A DNA stretch of 64,000 bases from Nitrospirota bacterium (GCA_963732675.1 CAVTAJ010000013.1:98137-162136), one strand, 5' to 3'. Counted from the first letter of the stretch, positions 41,505 through 50,945 are shown. Notes: generated by a model not told the origin, from the sequence alone. Made by a program: numbers and translations.

Positions 41505-41530
41505 GTAACTTTTTTTCTTATCATTCGTCT
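41505..41530 (+). promoter_or_regulatory. ECF-type, probably autoregulated, promoter candidate GTAAC-N16-CGTCT upstream of the sigma factor gene
   Basis: GAATGTAACTTTTTTTCTTATCATTCGTCTTACG. The -10-like element lies only 13 nt before the annotated ATG, so the mRNA would be nearly leaderless. Confidence 0.5.
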
Positions 41531-41543
41531 TACGTGTATAAAT

Positions 41544-42107
41544 ATGAATATTGATCAGCAGTCCGGGGAAGCGGACATTATCCGGCAATGTCTCGATGGA
41601 GAGGCGGATTCCTATTCCGTCCTGGTGGACCGCTATAAAAAGATGGTTTACAACGTGGCCTACCGGATGCTTGGAGACGGTGATATTGCGAAGGATATTG
41701 CCCAGGAAAGCTTTATCGCCGCCTATGGGGGTCTTAAGACGTTCAAGCAGGACGCGAAATTTTCATCATGGCTCTACAGCATTGTCTTGAACAAGTGCCG
41801 GGACCATCTGCGGCTGACAAAAGAAAACATCCCGATCGACGATATTTCAGACATCAGGCCCGGCAGCGGTATTTCTCCGGAACAGGCCGCGGCGGACCAC
41901 CAGAGCAACGACCTGCTGCAACAGGCCTTGAATGCGCTCCCGGCGGAATACCGCGAGGTGCTCGTTCTGAAACACATCGAGGAGCTGGATTACCAGGAGA
42001 TCTCGGCGATCACGGGGGCCAGCGTGTCGGCGCTCAAGGTCAGGGCGCATCGGGGGCGTGAGATGCTGAAAAAGATACTGGAAAAATCAGGAGTGACCCA
42101 TGGATAG
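41544..42107 (+). CDS. ECF-subfamily RNA polymerase sigma-70 factor
   Basis: Region 2: YSVLVDRYKKMVYNVAYRMLGDGDIAKDIAQESFIAAY...FSSWLYSIVLNKCRDHLR. Region 4: LPAEYREVLVLKHIEELDYQEISAITGASVSALKVRAHRGREML. Confidence 0.9.
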   Translation: MNIDQQSGEADIIRQCLDGEADSYSVLVDRYKKMVYNVAYRMLGDGDIAKDIAQESFIAAYGGLKTFKQDAKFSSWLYSIVLNKCRDHLRLTKENIPIDDISDIRPGSGISPEQAAADHQSNDLLQQALNALPAEYREVLVLKHIEELDYQEISAITGASVSALKVRAHRGREMLKKILEKSGVTHG

Positions 42108-42753
42108 AGAACGGGAGATCATACATAAGATCCTTGATGGCGATGCGGAGGAGGAAGAACAAAAGGTCCTTTCGCGGGGCATGGAGGCCGATACCAGGCT
42201 GAAGGAGGAATTCACCGGCCTCATGAACGCGGTCCGATTGCTCAAGGAGAGCGAACGGCACGAGGCGCCGTTTTCTTTTACCGCCGAGGTGATGAAGAAA
42301 CTTCCGCGAAGATCGCCGTCCGTGCTCAGCCGTTTCAGGGAATTCCTGTTTGGCAGCCGGGTGCTGCGCTGGAACATGGCGTCGGTGCTGGCAACGGCGG
42401 TTATCGTACTGGTCATGGTCGTGACTGTTTCCCGGATGCATCGCGAGCAAACCGGGACGATCGCAAGCAGTTCATCGGGCCAGGATGAGACCGCGGTCTC
42501 GGTCCGGTTGACCTTTCACTCTCCCCAGGCGCAGCGTGTGGCGGTAGCCGGCGATTTCAATAAGTGGAAGACCGATGCCCATGAGATGAAAAAGAGCAAT
42601 GGTATCTGGAGCATCGATCTGAAACTGAAGCCCGGCATCTATTCCTATAGCTTCGTCGTTGACGGTAAATCATGGGTCCCTGATCCCGGCGCTGAAGTAT
42701 TTCAAGATGACGGTTTCGGTTCACGGAACGCCGTCCTGAAGGTGGACATATGA
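42100..42753 (+). CDS. single-pass anti-sigma factor candidate with an extracytoplasmic CBM48-like domain
   Basis: Overlaps the sigma gene by 8 nt. TM segment: MASVLATAVIVLVMVVTV. C-terminal domain: VRLTFHSPQAQRVAVAGDFNKWKTDAHEMKKSNGIWSIDLKLKPGIYSYSFVVDGKSWVPDP. Confidence 0.7.
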   Translation: MDREREIIHKILDGDAEEEEQKVLSRGMEADTRLKEEFTGLMNAVRLLKESERHEAPFSFTAEVMKKLPRRSPSVLSRFREFLFGSRVLRWNMASVLATAVIVLVMVVTVSRMHREQTGTIASSSSGQDETAVSVRLTFHSPQAQRVAVAGDFNKWKTDAHEMKKSNGIWSIDLKLKPGIYSYSFVVDGKSWVPDPGAEVFQDDGFGSRNAVLKVDI

Positions 42754-43634
42754 AAAGGACGAATAGCATGCTAAGGTTTGCGGGCAGGGTACTGCTCCTG
42801 TTGCTTCTGGTCCCGTTGTCAGGGACGTTTGCGGCTGAGAACCGGCATCTTGACAATATCCGCAGTGTCCTGGAAGCATCAACAATCCCGCGAACGGAGC
42901 AGGCTGAAGTGAATACCAGGGCGGCTGCCGCCATGAACGCCGGGGTGCCGGGAGAGGACGTGGAGATCATCGTTTCGCGGGCAGTGGGCCGTGGAGCAGA
43001 CGCCGGAGCGATCAACCGGTTCCTCGATACGGGCCTGTCGGCGAAAAAAGAGGGACTGCCCGTTCGTCCTGTGCTGGACAGGATAGAGCAGGGACTGTCG
43101 AAGGGCGTTCCGACCGAGCGGATCGTTGCAGCTTCCCGGAGGCTTGCGGAGAAAATTGCAACAGCGCAGCCTCTTGTCGATGCGCTCATCCGCGACGGCA
43201 TGACACCCCGGCGGGGCAATGAACGCGAAGCGGCGATCGCATCAGCTGCCCGCGCGCTCGAGAAATCCATGAACGCTCAAGATGTCGGGGCTATGGGCGC
43301 TGCAGTCCGGAACAAGCGGGGATCGCTGTTGCTCTTTACCAGCGCCATGGACACGGCAACCTATTTTGCCGCAAGCGGCATGTCTCCGAAGACTGCGTCG
43401 CGCCTTGTCCGGGATGCCGTGCAAAAGGGCTCTTCCGAACACGACCTGGGCGCCATGGTACGTCGGATGGATGATGAGATGAAACACGGGACCAGCGCGG
43501 AGGATGTTGCGGCGAAAATGGAGCGCGGAAACATGCAGGGAGAGCGGGGCATGGAACGTCAGGAAATGCGCCAGGAGATGAATACCGACCATGGAAAGGG
43601 ATCAGGTTCCGGTATGGGCGGGCACGGGATGTGA
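42750..43634 (+). CDS. secreted helical-repeat protein with a Met/His/Gly-rich tail; function unknown
   Basis: ATGA start/stop overlap with the anti-sigma gene. Signal peptide MLRFAGRVLLLLLLVPLSGTFA. Tail: ...MQGERGMERQEMRQEMNTDHGKGSGSGMGGHGM. Confidence 0.65.
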   Translation: MKRTNSMLRFAGRVLLLLLLVPLSGTFAAENRHLDNIRSVLEASTIPRTEQAEVNTRAAAAMNAGVPGEDVEIIVSRAVGRGADAGAINRFLDTGLSAKKEGLPVRPVLDRIEQGLSKGVPTERIVAASRRLAEKIATAQPLVDALIRDGMTPRRGNEREAAIASAARALEKSMNAQDVGAMGAAVRNKRGSLLLFTSAMDTATYFAASGMSPKTASRLVRDAVQKGSSEHDLGAMVRRMDDEMKHGTSAEDVAAKMERGNMQGERGMERQEMRQEMNTDHGKGSGSGMGGHGM

Positions 43635-43728
43635 TGATCGGAAACATCCTGGAACCAGGCTGTAATGGTATGGTTGAAAACCGTACGCAAGACGCGCGAG
43701 TAAACTACAACGACAGGAGGTAAATATT

Positions 43729-44292
43729 ATGAAACGGTCCTTATACATGATCATCAGTGTGTTCGTGCTGTTGCTCACCATGCTGGGTGCGGTATGGGCG
43801 GCAGAATCGAAGGAAGAGCAGAGTCTCCAGAAGGAAGCCGCTGCGATCAACACCACGGCAGGCAACGCGCAGGGCGAAAAGGTCGTGATCCAGAGGCTGG
43901 AAAAAGATTTCAACGTAAGCAACGACCGGATCCAGGGCCTGCGGGACCAGAAACTGGGATACGGAGAGATCGCCATCACCCTGTCTCTTTGTCAGAAGAT
44001 GCCAGGCGGCATCACGGACGCCAATATTCATCAGGTCATGACCATGCGCCAGGGACCGCCAACCATGGGCTGGGGCGATATCGCAAAAAAGCTCGGGACC
44101 AAGCTGGGTCCTGCAATTTCCCAGGTCAGGAACGTCAACAGGGAAACGAACAGAGAGATGAAGCACGAGGCCAAAGGCGATAAGGAGCACATGGAGAAAC
44201 ATCAGGAACAGCATGAAGAAATGCACAGGGAGTCCATGGGCCATGAGAGCATGGGCGGTGGCCAGGGTGCGTCCCATGGCAAAGACAAATAA
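43729..44292 (+). CDS. secreted protein with a His/Met/Glu-rich tail; function unknown
   Basis: RBS AGGAGG. Signal peptide MKRSLYMIISVFVLLLTMLGAVWA. Tail: EMKHEAKGDKEHMEKHQEQHEEMHRESMGHESMGGGQGASHGKDK. Confidence 0.65.
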   Translation: MKRSLYMIISVFVLLLTMLGAVWAAESKEEQSLQKEAAAINTTAGNAQGEKVVIQRLEKDFNVSNDRIQGLRDQKLGYGEIAITLSLCQKMPGGITDANIHQVMTMRQGPPTMGWGDIAKKLGTKLGPAISQVRNVNRETNREMKHEAKGDKEHMEKHQEQHEEMHRESMGHESMGGGQGASHGKDK

Positions 44293-44430
44293 GTTAAAAT
44301 CGGGAGCATGTTCCATTTAAAACGAAGGGCTGTCTTCATTCTGTTCGGACAATGCTTTGTTCAGGAAAGAGGAAGATAGTCCTTCGTTTGTATCTATGCG
44401 GTGACTCAATGTGAAGAAGGAGCTGCTATT

Positions 44431-45355
44431 GTGAAGAGAGAACAGGACCGACCCGAAGCGCGTAAGAGATATTTTTCACCTGCATTACTCCTCATTGGTT
44501 TGATCCTCTGCTTTTTTGTATTTCCCGGAAACGTCTTTGCCGGCCTTATCCTCGACGCGGAGCTGCGGCTCCAGTATGAGGACAACGTAGTCGGCCTTCT
44601 CTCGGACCAGCAGAAGGGCGGTGTCAGTACCGGGGCAGGAATAGCCGGCAGCACGGCCATGCAGGCCAGCAGCATGGGGGGTATGGGAGGCGGAAAGAGC
44701 AATTATACCGGATCAAGTTCGGGCTCCTCCCAGTCTCCGGGAGATTTTTCAGCGACCCTTTATGCCGAGGCCGGAGGATACCAGGATGTGGGCAGGGATG
44801 CGGAAGTATTCGCGAAAGGCTTTGCCTCACATACCTCCTACGACACCTACACGGACCTGAATTCGAACATCGGAGGCGTCAGCACCGGCATTTCTGTAAT
44901 TCTCAGTGACCTCCTCTCCACCCGCATGTCGGTCCTCGGAAAGATCAAGCGTTTTGACGACAGCCAGCGCGAACAGCACCGCCTACGCAGGGAACCTCAG
45001 CCTGAAGGAAAAGCTCACACCCTCGTTCTGGCTTCGGGAGTTCGGCCAGTATGAAAAGAACAGCGCAGATACATCTGTTTTCAGTTATACCGGCACGACC
45101 ATCGGCATCGATGCGGGCTATGCATTCACGACGAAGACCCGCGCAACACTCGGCTACAGCTATCTCGTCCAGAAGTATGACGAACCTTCCGGCGCCGAGA
45201 TGAAGACGCAGACCGCTTACGTGAGCGCTGAACAGACAGTGAGGAAGAACTGGGCTGTTTCCGGGGAGTACGATCTCCAGCTAAGCAAGGAGAACGTGAC
45301 CGGGACGAGCGCGACGAACAACATCTTCTCGCTGGCGCTGCGGTACAGTTATTAA
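44431..45355 (+). CDS. outer-membrane beta-barrel protein with a Met/Gly-rich loop; one frame change near 44970
   Basis: GTG at 44431 follows GAAGGAG. Signal peptide ...LLLIGLILCFFVFPGNVFA. Loop: AGSTAMQASSMGGMGGGKSNY. The barrel has alternating beta-strand periodicity and the terminal signature NNIFSLALRYSY. Confidence 0.65.
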
Positions 45356-45904
45356 TAAGAATGAAGAAGTCTCTCGAAATCAAGGAAGCAGGATTGCCGT
45401 CTGGTCCTCTGATAGATACGTTCCCGAAATGCTCATACGGAGAGCGTATGGGCCATAAAGAGGGCCTTTTCGTAAACAAGGAAGTATCCCAACACTTTTA
45501 TTGTCAGAGCGAACATTCCCCTACGGCCTTTCTGAGCACGTCCATTGGGATATTCTCATAGAGAACATTTTTCTGTATCTCGCCGCGGCAACTTGTTTTG
45601 TCGCATGGCCCCTTCTTTATAACGGTCCCTGCACGATAATTGCATTTACTAATGCTTATGACGTAATGTGTTTCGCCGTTACAGACGAAATAGTTGATGC
45701 CTCCCCCTCTTCAGCCCTTTCCGAATCCCGGCGTTGTTTCAATATGAAATACTGACAAGTTCATAGAGATCACACTCCCTTCCCCGAACACCCCTGCCGG
45801 GTAATCCTGGCTGCTTCGCCCTGCTATGAATTCACGGAATAACTTCACGAAGAAGCTTATCATCCGGCGCCTCTATCGTGCAATCAGGATCGCGGAACCA
45901 TGCT

Positions 45905-46655
45905 TCAAGGCAGGGCCGCCGTATGCTGGTAATACCAGCTCACGACCTTTTCAATGTTGCCGATGATGCTCTCTTTTGCGTTCACCAGGAAGATCCGGTC
46001 CTGGATGTGGAACAGCTCGCGCTCCAGGCGCGTGATCAACGGGGGATAGGCGAACCGTCGCGCAAGCTCTGCCTCGAACATGGGCACGAGCTTGTCCTTC
46101 ATGCGGAGCTCCGTGTCCATGAGGAAAACAGCGATGGCGGGCGCCAGGTCCGCGACGCGGTCGAAGAACGCCGTGATCTCGCTGTCGTAGATCTGCTTGG
46201 GCGGCGAGGATTTGACTTCCACATAAACAAGCGCGCCATCGATCTTTGCGATCACATCGTAATCGCCGCCGACCCGCGGCCGCTTGAACTTCACGCCCCA
46301 GACCGCCGCGGAGCCGAACTCGCGCTTGAACACTTCGGCGACATACCACTCGAGCGTTTCTCCAAAGCTTCTGATCGGCCCCCTGGCAAGGACGTAACCG
46401 TTCTCCGTTTTCTTCACCAACTTGAGGGACACGAGATAATCGAGATACTCTTTCGTGATCGACGGTGTGGCATACCGCGTCACCTGCTCTGAGCGTGAAC
46501 AGCTTCTGGTGCTTGATCACGTCGCGCAGAAAGAGACGGAACGAATACTTATGGAGCATCCCGTAGAATTTTTGCTGAAATTTTTTTTGCGGAATAAGCA
46601 GGTCATCGGCAGGTTCCCTTTTATAGATAATAAAGCCCCGGTGCCGAAGGAGCAT
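45905..46655 (-). CDS. winged-helix plus PD-(D/E)xK nuclease-fold protein, function unknown; one frame change near 46480. The N-terminus may extend to a GTG at 46758 across an A-run.
   Basis: ITKEYLDYLVSLKLVKKTENGYVL is wHTH-like. GGDYDVIAKIDGALVYVEVKSS is a D...E-x-K nuclease core. The upstream in-frame coiled-coil ELAFLREEVKRLRKALNRQ has no start codon in frame. Confidence 0.55.
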
Positions 46656-46842
46656 GTCAAGGCCAAGCGTCTGCCGGTTGAGCGCCTTGCGCAGCCGCTT
46701 TACCTCTTCCCGCAGGAAGGCAAGCTCGTTAAAGGTTTTTGGTTTTTTCTGTGGACACAGTCGATCTCGCTGTCTCGTGAATACGGTGAACGTTAGTAAG
46801 TTAACGAATCAAATTCTACTCAATACAGGCAAGAATATTTCG

Positions 46843-46933
46843 TCGCAGAGGGCACAGAGTTCACAGAGAAAGGCTGAAATAATGTTCTAGTTAAAAGATG
46901 CTTCAGTTCATTTCCCTCTGTGTCCTCTGTGTA
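46843..46933. repeat. heptad-hairpin element, CACAGAG/CTCTGTG word type
   Basis: TCGCAGAGGGCACAGAGTTCACAGAGAAAGG ... TCCCTCTGTGTCCTCTGTGT. Confidence 0.85.
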
Positions 46934-47066
46934 CTCATGATGGCAAGGGAAAGGTTATTTGCCAGATACCCGCCAGTTTCTCCGGGGTTTCATTCATGCT
47001 GCGGGGGAAGGTATCTGATAAAAGTATAGCACAGGGTGGTGTTCACGAACGAAGAGCGGAGGGAAG

Positions 47067-47768
47067 TTATTGCAGTATGACCCTCATATCGAGTGCCGCA
47101 GCGCTGCGGGCATAGATGCGGACCGGGTTGAGGTCGATCTCTTTGATCCCGGGATGGTCGGTCATGAGCTTTGACAGGGCAGTGATGATCGAGAGCGCCG
47201 CCTCCTGGTCGAGCGCGGGGCTTCCCCGGAACCCTTTCAGGAACATGCCTGCCCGGGTCTGGGCGATCATGTCGAGCATCTCCTCGCGCGTCATGGGCAG
47301 GATGCCGAAGACCGCGTCCTTCAGCGCCTCGACCCAGATCCCGCCGAGACCGAAGGCAATCGAAGGGCCGAACTGCTCGTCACGCAGACCGCCGATCAAC
47401 AGCTCCAGGCCCTGCGGCATCATCTTCTCGATCAGGAACCAGCGGATCGTTGCGCCGGGAACACGCGCCGCGATCATGTTTTTCATCGTCGTAATGGAGG
47501 CCGACAGACCGGCGCTGTTCGTAATGTTCAGCATCACGGCCCCGGCGTCGGTCTTGTGCAGGATGTCGGGGGAAACGGCCTTGAGCACAACGGGAAAACC
47601 GAGCTTCTCGCCAGCGGCCACGATGGCCTTCTGGTCAGCGGGATCGGCCAGCACGAACCTCGGGACGATAATGCCCACTGAGCGCGCAAGCTCTTTGGCC
47701 TCGTGTTCGAAGAGCGCCTTTCGGCCTTCTTTTTGTGCTGCTTGTATGATCTCAGCGGGAGTATTCAT
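47067..47768 (-). CDS. ADP-forming acetyl-CoA synthetase (acetate--CoA ligase), ATP-grasp beta subunit
   Basis: ALFEHEAKELARSVGIIVPRFVLA...GFPVVLKAVSPDILHKTDAGAVMLNI...IEKMMPQGLELLIGGLRDEQFGP...EIDLNPV. Confidence 0.8.
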   Translation of the reverse strand: MNTPAEIIQAAQKEGRKALFEHEAKELARSVGIIVPRFVLADPADQKAIVAAGEKLGFPVVLKAVSPDILHKTDAGAVMLNITNSAGLSASITTMKNMIAARVPGATIRWFLIEKMMPQGLELLIGGLRDEQFGPSIAFGLGGIWVEALKDAVFGILPMTREEMLDMIAQTRAGMFLKGFRGSPALDQEAALSIITALSKLMTDHPGIKEIDLNPVRIYARSAAALDMRVILQ

Positions 47769-47781
47769 AAAAAGTACTTTC

Positions 47782-47885
47782 AGGAGAAATGGGGAAGTGG
47801 GAGAAAGGGAAGGTGAAGTACCTTGAGATGTTCAATCATACTAGCTGCTCTCTCCCTTTCGCCTTTCTTCTCTCCCTTTCCCCTT
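47782..47885. repeat. heptad-hairpin element, GGAGAAA/TTTCTCC word type, between the two ACS subunit genes
   Basis: AGGAGAAATGGGGAAGTGGGAGAAAGGGAAGGTGAAG ... CTCTCTCCCTTTCGCCTTTCTTCTCTCCCTTTCCCCTT. Confidence 0.85.
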
Positions 47886-47914
47886 AACAGGGTTCGATTT
47901 TATTCATGGCAGCC

Positions 47915-49282
47915 TTACTCTTTGCACGTGGCCTTCATGAGCGCCGCGAGCGCCCGCACCGCACGCTCAGGCGACGGATACACGGGGATGCCGAGTCGCA
48001 GGAGCGCATGCGTTGCCTCCTGCGTGTAGCCCAGTCCCTGCAGGATACAACAGGTGACGGGCTTCTTCGCCTCATGGCAGGCGCGGGCGATCAGGCTGGT
48101 CGCCTCTTCGCTCACCGTGGTGGCGCCCATCAGCACGATCACGACGGCCGCGTCGTAGTGCGGCAAAGCTTCTTTGAGCGCGGTGTAGTAGTCCTCATTT
48201 TTCCCGCTGCCGGTGAGGTCAATGGGGTTCCGCGTTACAAAAAAAGAAGGAAAGGCCTGGCCGAGCCGCTCCTGCACCTGCTGCGGTACCGGAGGCATCG
48301 TGAATCCTTCCTGCTGCGCCTGATCCGAAGCCGCGACCGCCATACCGCCGCCGTTCGTCACGATCAGGAGGCGGTTCCCTGTGCAGGGATAATCCATGAG
48401 CGCAACGGCCTTTGACGCGTCGATCATGTGGTCGAAGCCATAGGCCTCGACGGCGCCGGCCTGCCGGAAAGCGGCCTGGTACAGCCCGTACGTGCCGGCG
48501 AGGGTAGCGGTGTGCGATGCCACTGCGACCGCGCCGAGCTCGTGCTTCCCCGCTTTCCAGATGACCAGCGGTTTTTTGGCGGCACAAGCCTTTGCTGCCG
48601 ACAGGAATTTTCTGCCGTCGCCCACGGATTCCATGTACATGGCGACCGCGGCTGTCTGAGGATCGTCGGCGAAATACTCGAGCGCATCCGCGTCGTCCAC
48701 GTCCAGCCGGTTTCCGTAGTTCACGGCCTTGGCGATCCCCATGCCGTCCCGGGCAAGGGCTTCCATCAGGATGACGGTGATGGCGCCGCTCTGCGAGATG
48801 ATCGAAAGATGTCCCGTCGCGGGCCGTGACACCCGCTCCCGGGACACAAAGAAACTGTCGAGTCCATTGTCAGTGTTGTACACGCCGAGGCAGTTCGGCC
48901 CGATGACCCGGATGCCATGCCTTTTCGTTTTTTCAGCGATACGCTTCTGCATGGCAATACCCTCATCGCCTGCCTCGGCAAACCCGGAGCTGATGATGAT
49001 GATCCGGCGGATGCTTTTTTCATGAAGTGCGTCGAGTTCCTGCTCAACGAGCCGGGCGGGCAGGGCGATGATGGCCAGGTCTATCGCGTCCGGTATTGCC
49101 GCGATGGACGGGTAACAGTGGTGGCCGAGCAGCATCTCGTGCTTCGGGTTGACGGGATAGACCGCTCCTTTAAAGTGAGAGAGGTTCTCGAGGATGGCCG
49201 TGCCGGGCTTGGTGGGCTTGTCCGTGGCGCCGATGAGCGCGACGGTCCTGGGGTAAAAAAAATCGTGAAGATCGTGAGGCAT
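47915..49282 (-). CDS. ADP-forming acetyl-CoA synthetase, CoA-binding/succinyl-CoA-synthetase-like alpha subunit
   Basis: FFYPRTVALIGATDKPTKPGTAILENL...VYPVNPKHEMLLGHHCYPSI...DLAIIALP...IIIISSGFAEAGDEG...IRVIGPNCLGV. Confidence 0.85.
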   Translation of the reverse strand: MPHDLHDFFYPRTVALIGATDKPTKPGTAILENLSHFKGAVYPVNPKHEMLLGHHCYPSIAAIPDAIDLAIIALPARLVEQELDALHEKSIRRIIIISSGFAEAGDEGIAMQKRIAEKTKRHGIRVIGPNCLGVYNTDNGLDSFFVSRERVSRPATGHLSIISQSGAITVILMEALARDGMGIAKAVNYGNRLDVDDADALEYFADDPQTAAVAMYMESVGDGRKFLSAAKACAAKKPLVIWKAGKHELGAVAVASHTATLAGTYGLYQAAFRQAGAVEAYGFDHMIDASKAVALMDYPCTGNRLLIVTNGGGMAVAASDQAQQEGFTMPPVPQQVQERLGQAFPSFFVTRNPIDLTGSGKNEDYYTALKEALPHYDAAVVIVLMGATTVSEEATSLIARACHEAKKPVTCCILQGLGYTQEATHALLRLGIPVYPSPERAVRALAALMKATCKE

Positions 49283-49349
49283 GATTAATAAATAGCATTC
49301 CTATCGCGGCTTGTAAAGGTTATTTAATCCGTATTTAAAGATCCATTTT

Positions 49350-49420
49350 CGTCATGCCGGACTCGATCCGGCATCAGAAGATTTTGAAAAGACTGATTCC
49401 AGCCTTTCGCTGGAATGACG
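49350..49420. repeat. nested double hairpin (CGTCAT ... ATGACG closing two 8-bp hairpins)
   Basis: CGTC ATGCCGGA-CTCGA-TCCGGCAT ... ATTCCAGC-CTTTC-GCTGGAAT GACG. Confidence 0.6.
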
Positions 49421-49742
49421 GACCTTGTGAATTTTCAATTAAATATACAAGAATACATCCGGGTGGTCAAAGGAACCGCTGACCCCGGTACAGCAGACTT
49501 CATTCTATCAAAAGACCTCATTGTAGCCCACGGAAGAATCGGATGTAATGTATGATAAACACTGCGGATGAACATTCAGGCACATCGGATTCGCCCCATC
49601 GCATCACCTCCCCGGCATGGAAGTGAACCGTCAGATATCCGGCACAGCATAATCCAAGTTTCGAGGATGGAAAAGTTTAAACCGCGAATGTCTATGATTA
49701 TCGTCATATCATTTTCACGGATTACCGGGTATTATTGATCAC

Positions 49743-50753
49743 ATGAACGCTGAGAGACCATACCTTCGCATCCTGCGGTATTCGGTACAGGCCGCTTTTT
49801 TTCTGCTTACGCTGTTTGTCGGCTACCGGTTTTATCAGTTCGTCCAGCACTTCGAAGCGGCCGGCCGGCCCTTTGTCCAGAGACCGCCGTCCGTTGACGC
49901 TTTCCTGCCCATCGGCGGGCTCATGGCCTTCAAGTACTTCATCCTGACCGGCATTGTCGAGCCGGTGCATCCCTCCGGCTTCATCATGTTCGTGGCGATC
50001 CTCGGCGTTTCCCTGGTCGTGAAAAAGGGCTTTTGCGGCTGGATCTGCCCTGTCGGCACGCTGTCGCAGTATATCTGGATGGCAGGTGAGAAGGTATTCG
50101 GCAGGAACTTCCGCATCGGCCCCTTTACGGACCTCTCGCTCCGCTCGATCAAGTACCTGCTCCTCGGGCTCTTCGTGTTCCTGATCGGGATCGCCATGCC
50201 GCCGAACATGATGGCCCTGTTCTTTATCGCCGACTATTACAAGATCGTGGACGTGCGGATGATGAAGTTCTTCACCGAGATGACCACGCTCACGATGTGG
50301 GTCCTCATCGCGCTCGGTGTGCTCTCCCTGTTGTACAAGAACTTCTGGTGCCGCTATCTCTGCCCCTACGGCGCGCTCCTCGGTTTGCTCAGCCGCTTCA
50401 GCCCCTTCAAGGTCCGGCGGAACGAAGAGAAGTGCATCCACTGCCACGCCTGTACGCAGCACTGCCCCACGCTGATCGATGTTGAGAAAAAAGAGGTGGT
50501 GAAGTCCGAGGAATGTTTCGGATGCCTGACCTGCGTGAGCCATTGTCCCGCGGAGGGCGCGCTCGAACTCACTGCAAGCGCCGGGAAAAAGGTCGGCGTA
50601 GTAAAACCCTGGCTGTTCCCCATTCTCCTGATCGTGCTTTTTTATCTCGTGATCGGCATCGGTGTTGCCACTGACAAGTGGCATTCGAAGATACCCAACG
50701 AGGATTACCAGGTGCTTATTCCGGAAGTGCAGAAGGAATATATGAAGCGGTGA
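49743..50753 (+). CDS. NapH/MauN-type polytopic membrane protein with 4Fe-4S ferredoxin-type motifs
   Basis: KKGFCGWICPVGTL, NFWCRYLCPYGALL, CIHCHACTQHCP and CFGCLTCVSHCP, with flanking TM helices. Confidence 0.8.
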   Translation: MNAERPYLRILRYSVQAAFFLLTLFVGYRFYQFVQHFEAAGRPFVQRPPSVDAFLPIGGLMAFKYFILTGIVEPVHPSGFIMFVAILGVSLVVKKGFCGWICPVGTLSQYIWMAGEKVFGRNFRIGPFTDLSLRSIKYLLLGLFVFLIGIAMPPNMMALFFIADYYKIVDVRMMKFFTEMTTLTMWVLIALGVLSLLYKNFWCRYLCPYGALLGLLSRFSPFKVRRNEEKCIHCHACTQHCPTLIDVEKKEVVKSEECFGCLTCVSHCPAEGALELTASAGKKVGVVKPWLFPILLIVLFYLVIGIGVATDKWHSKIPNEDYQVLIPEVQKEYMKR

Positions 50754-50785
50754 TTCAAAGCAACATTCAACTACGGACATCATCA

Positions 50786-50890
50786 GGGGAAACGGGGATG
50801 AGAGGAGATAATGGAGAAACAAACGTATATATCAAAGATCAAATGCCTTTGTATTCTTCCTCCTTTCGCTCGCTCACTCTCCTTTCCCCT
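50786..50890. repeat. heptad-hairpin element, GGGGAAA/TTTCCCC word type
   Basis: GGGGAAACGGGGATGAGAGGAGATAATGGAGAAAC ... TTCTTCCTCCTTTCGCTCGCTCACTCTCCTTTCCCCTT. Confidence 0.85.
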
Positions 50891-50945
50891 TAAGGCCTTT
50901 CCCGTTTTTCTTCGTTACCTCACGTCGCTGTAATTCGCATATCGC

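Noticed and set aside
45504-45698. A 65-codon minus-strand frame encoding a Cys-rich peptide (INYFVCNGETHYVISISKCNYRAGTVIKKGPCDKTSCRGEI...) preceded by GGGGAGG.
   Set aside because: There is no ATG/GTG/TTG start after the upstream in-frame TGA, and I recognise no family. It could be real if another indel hides the start, but I cannot support it.
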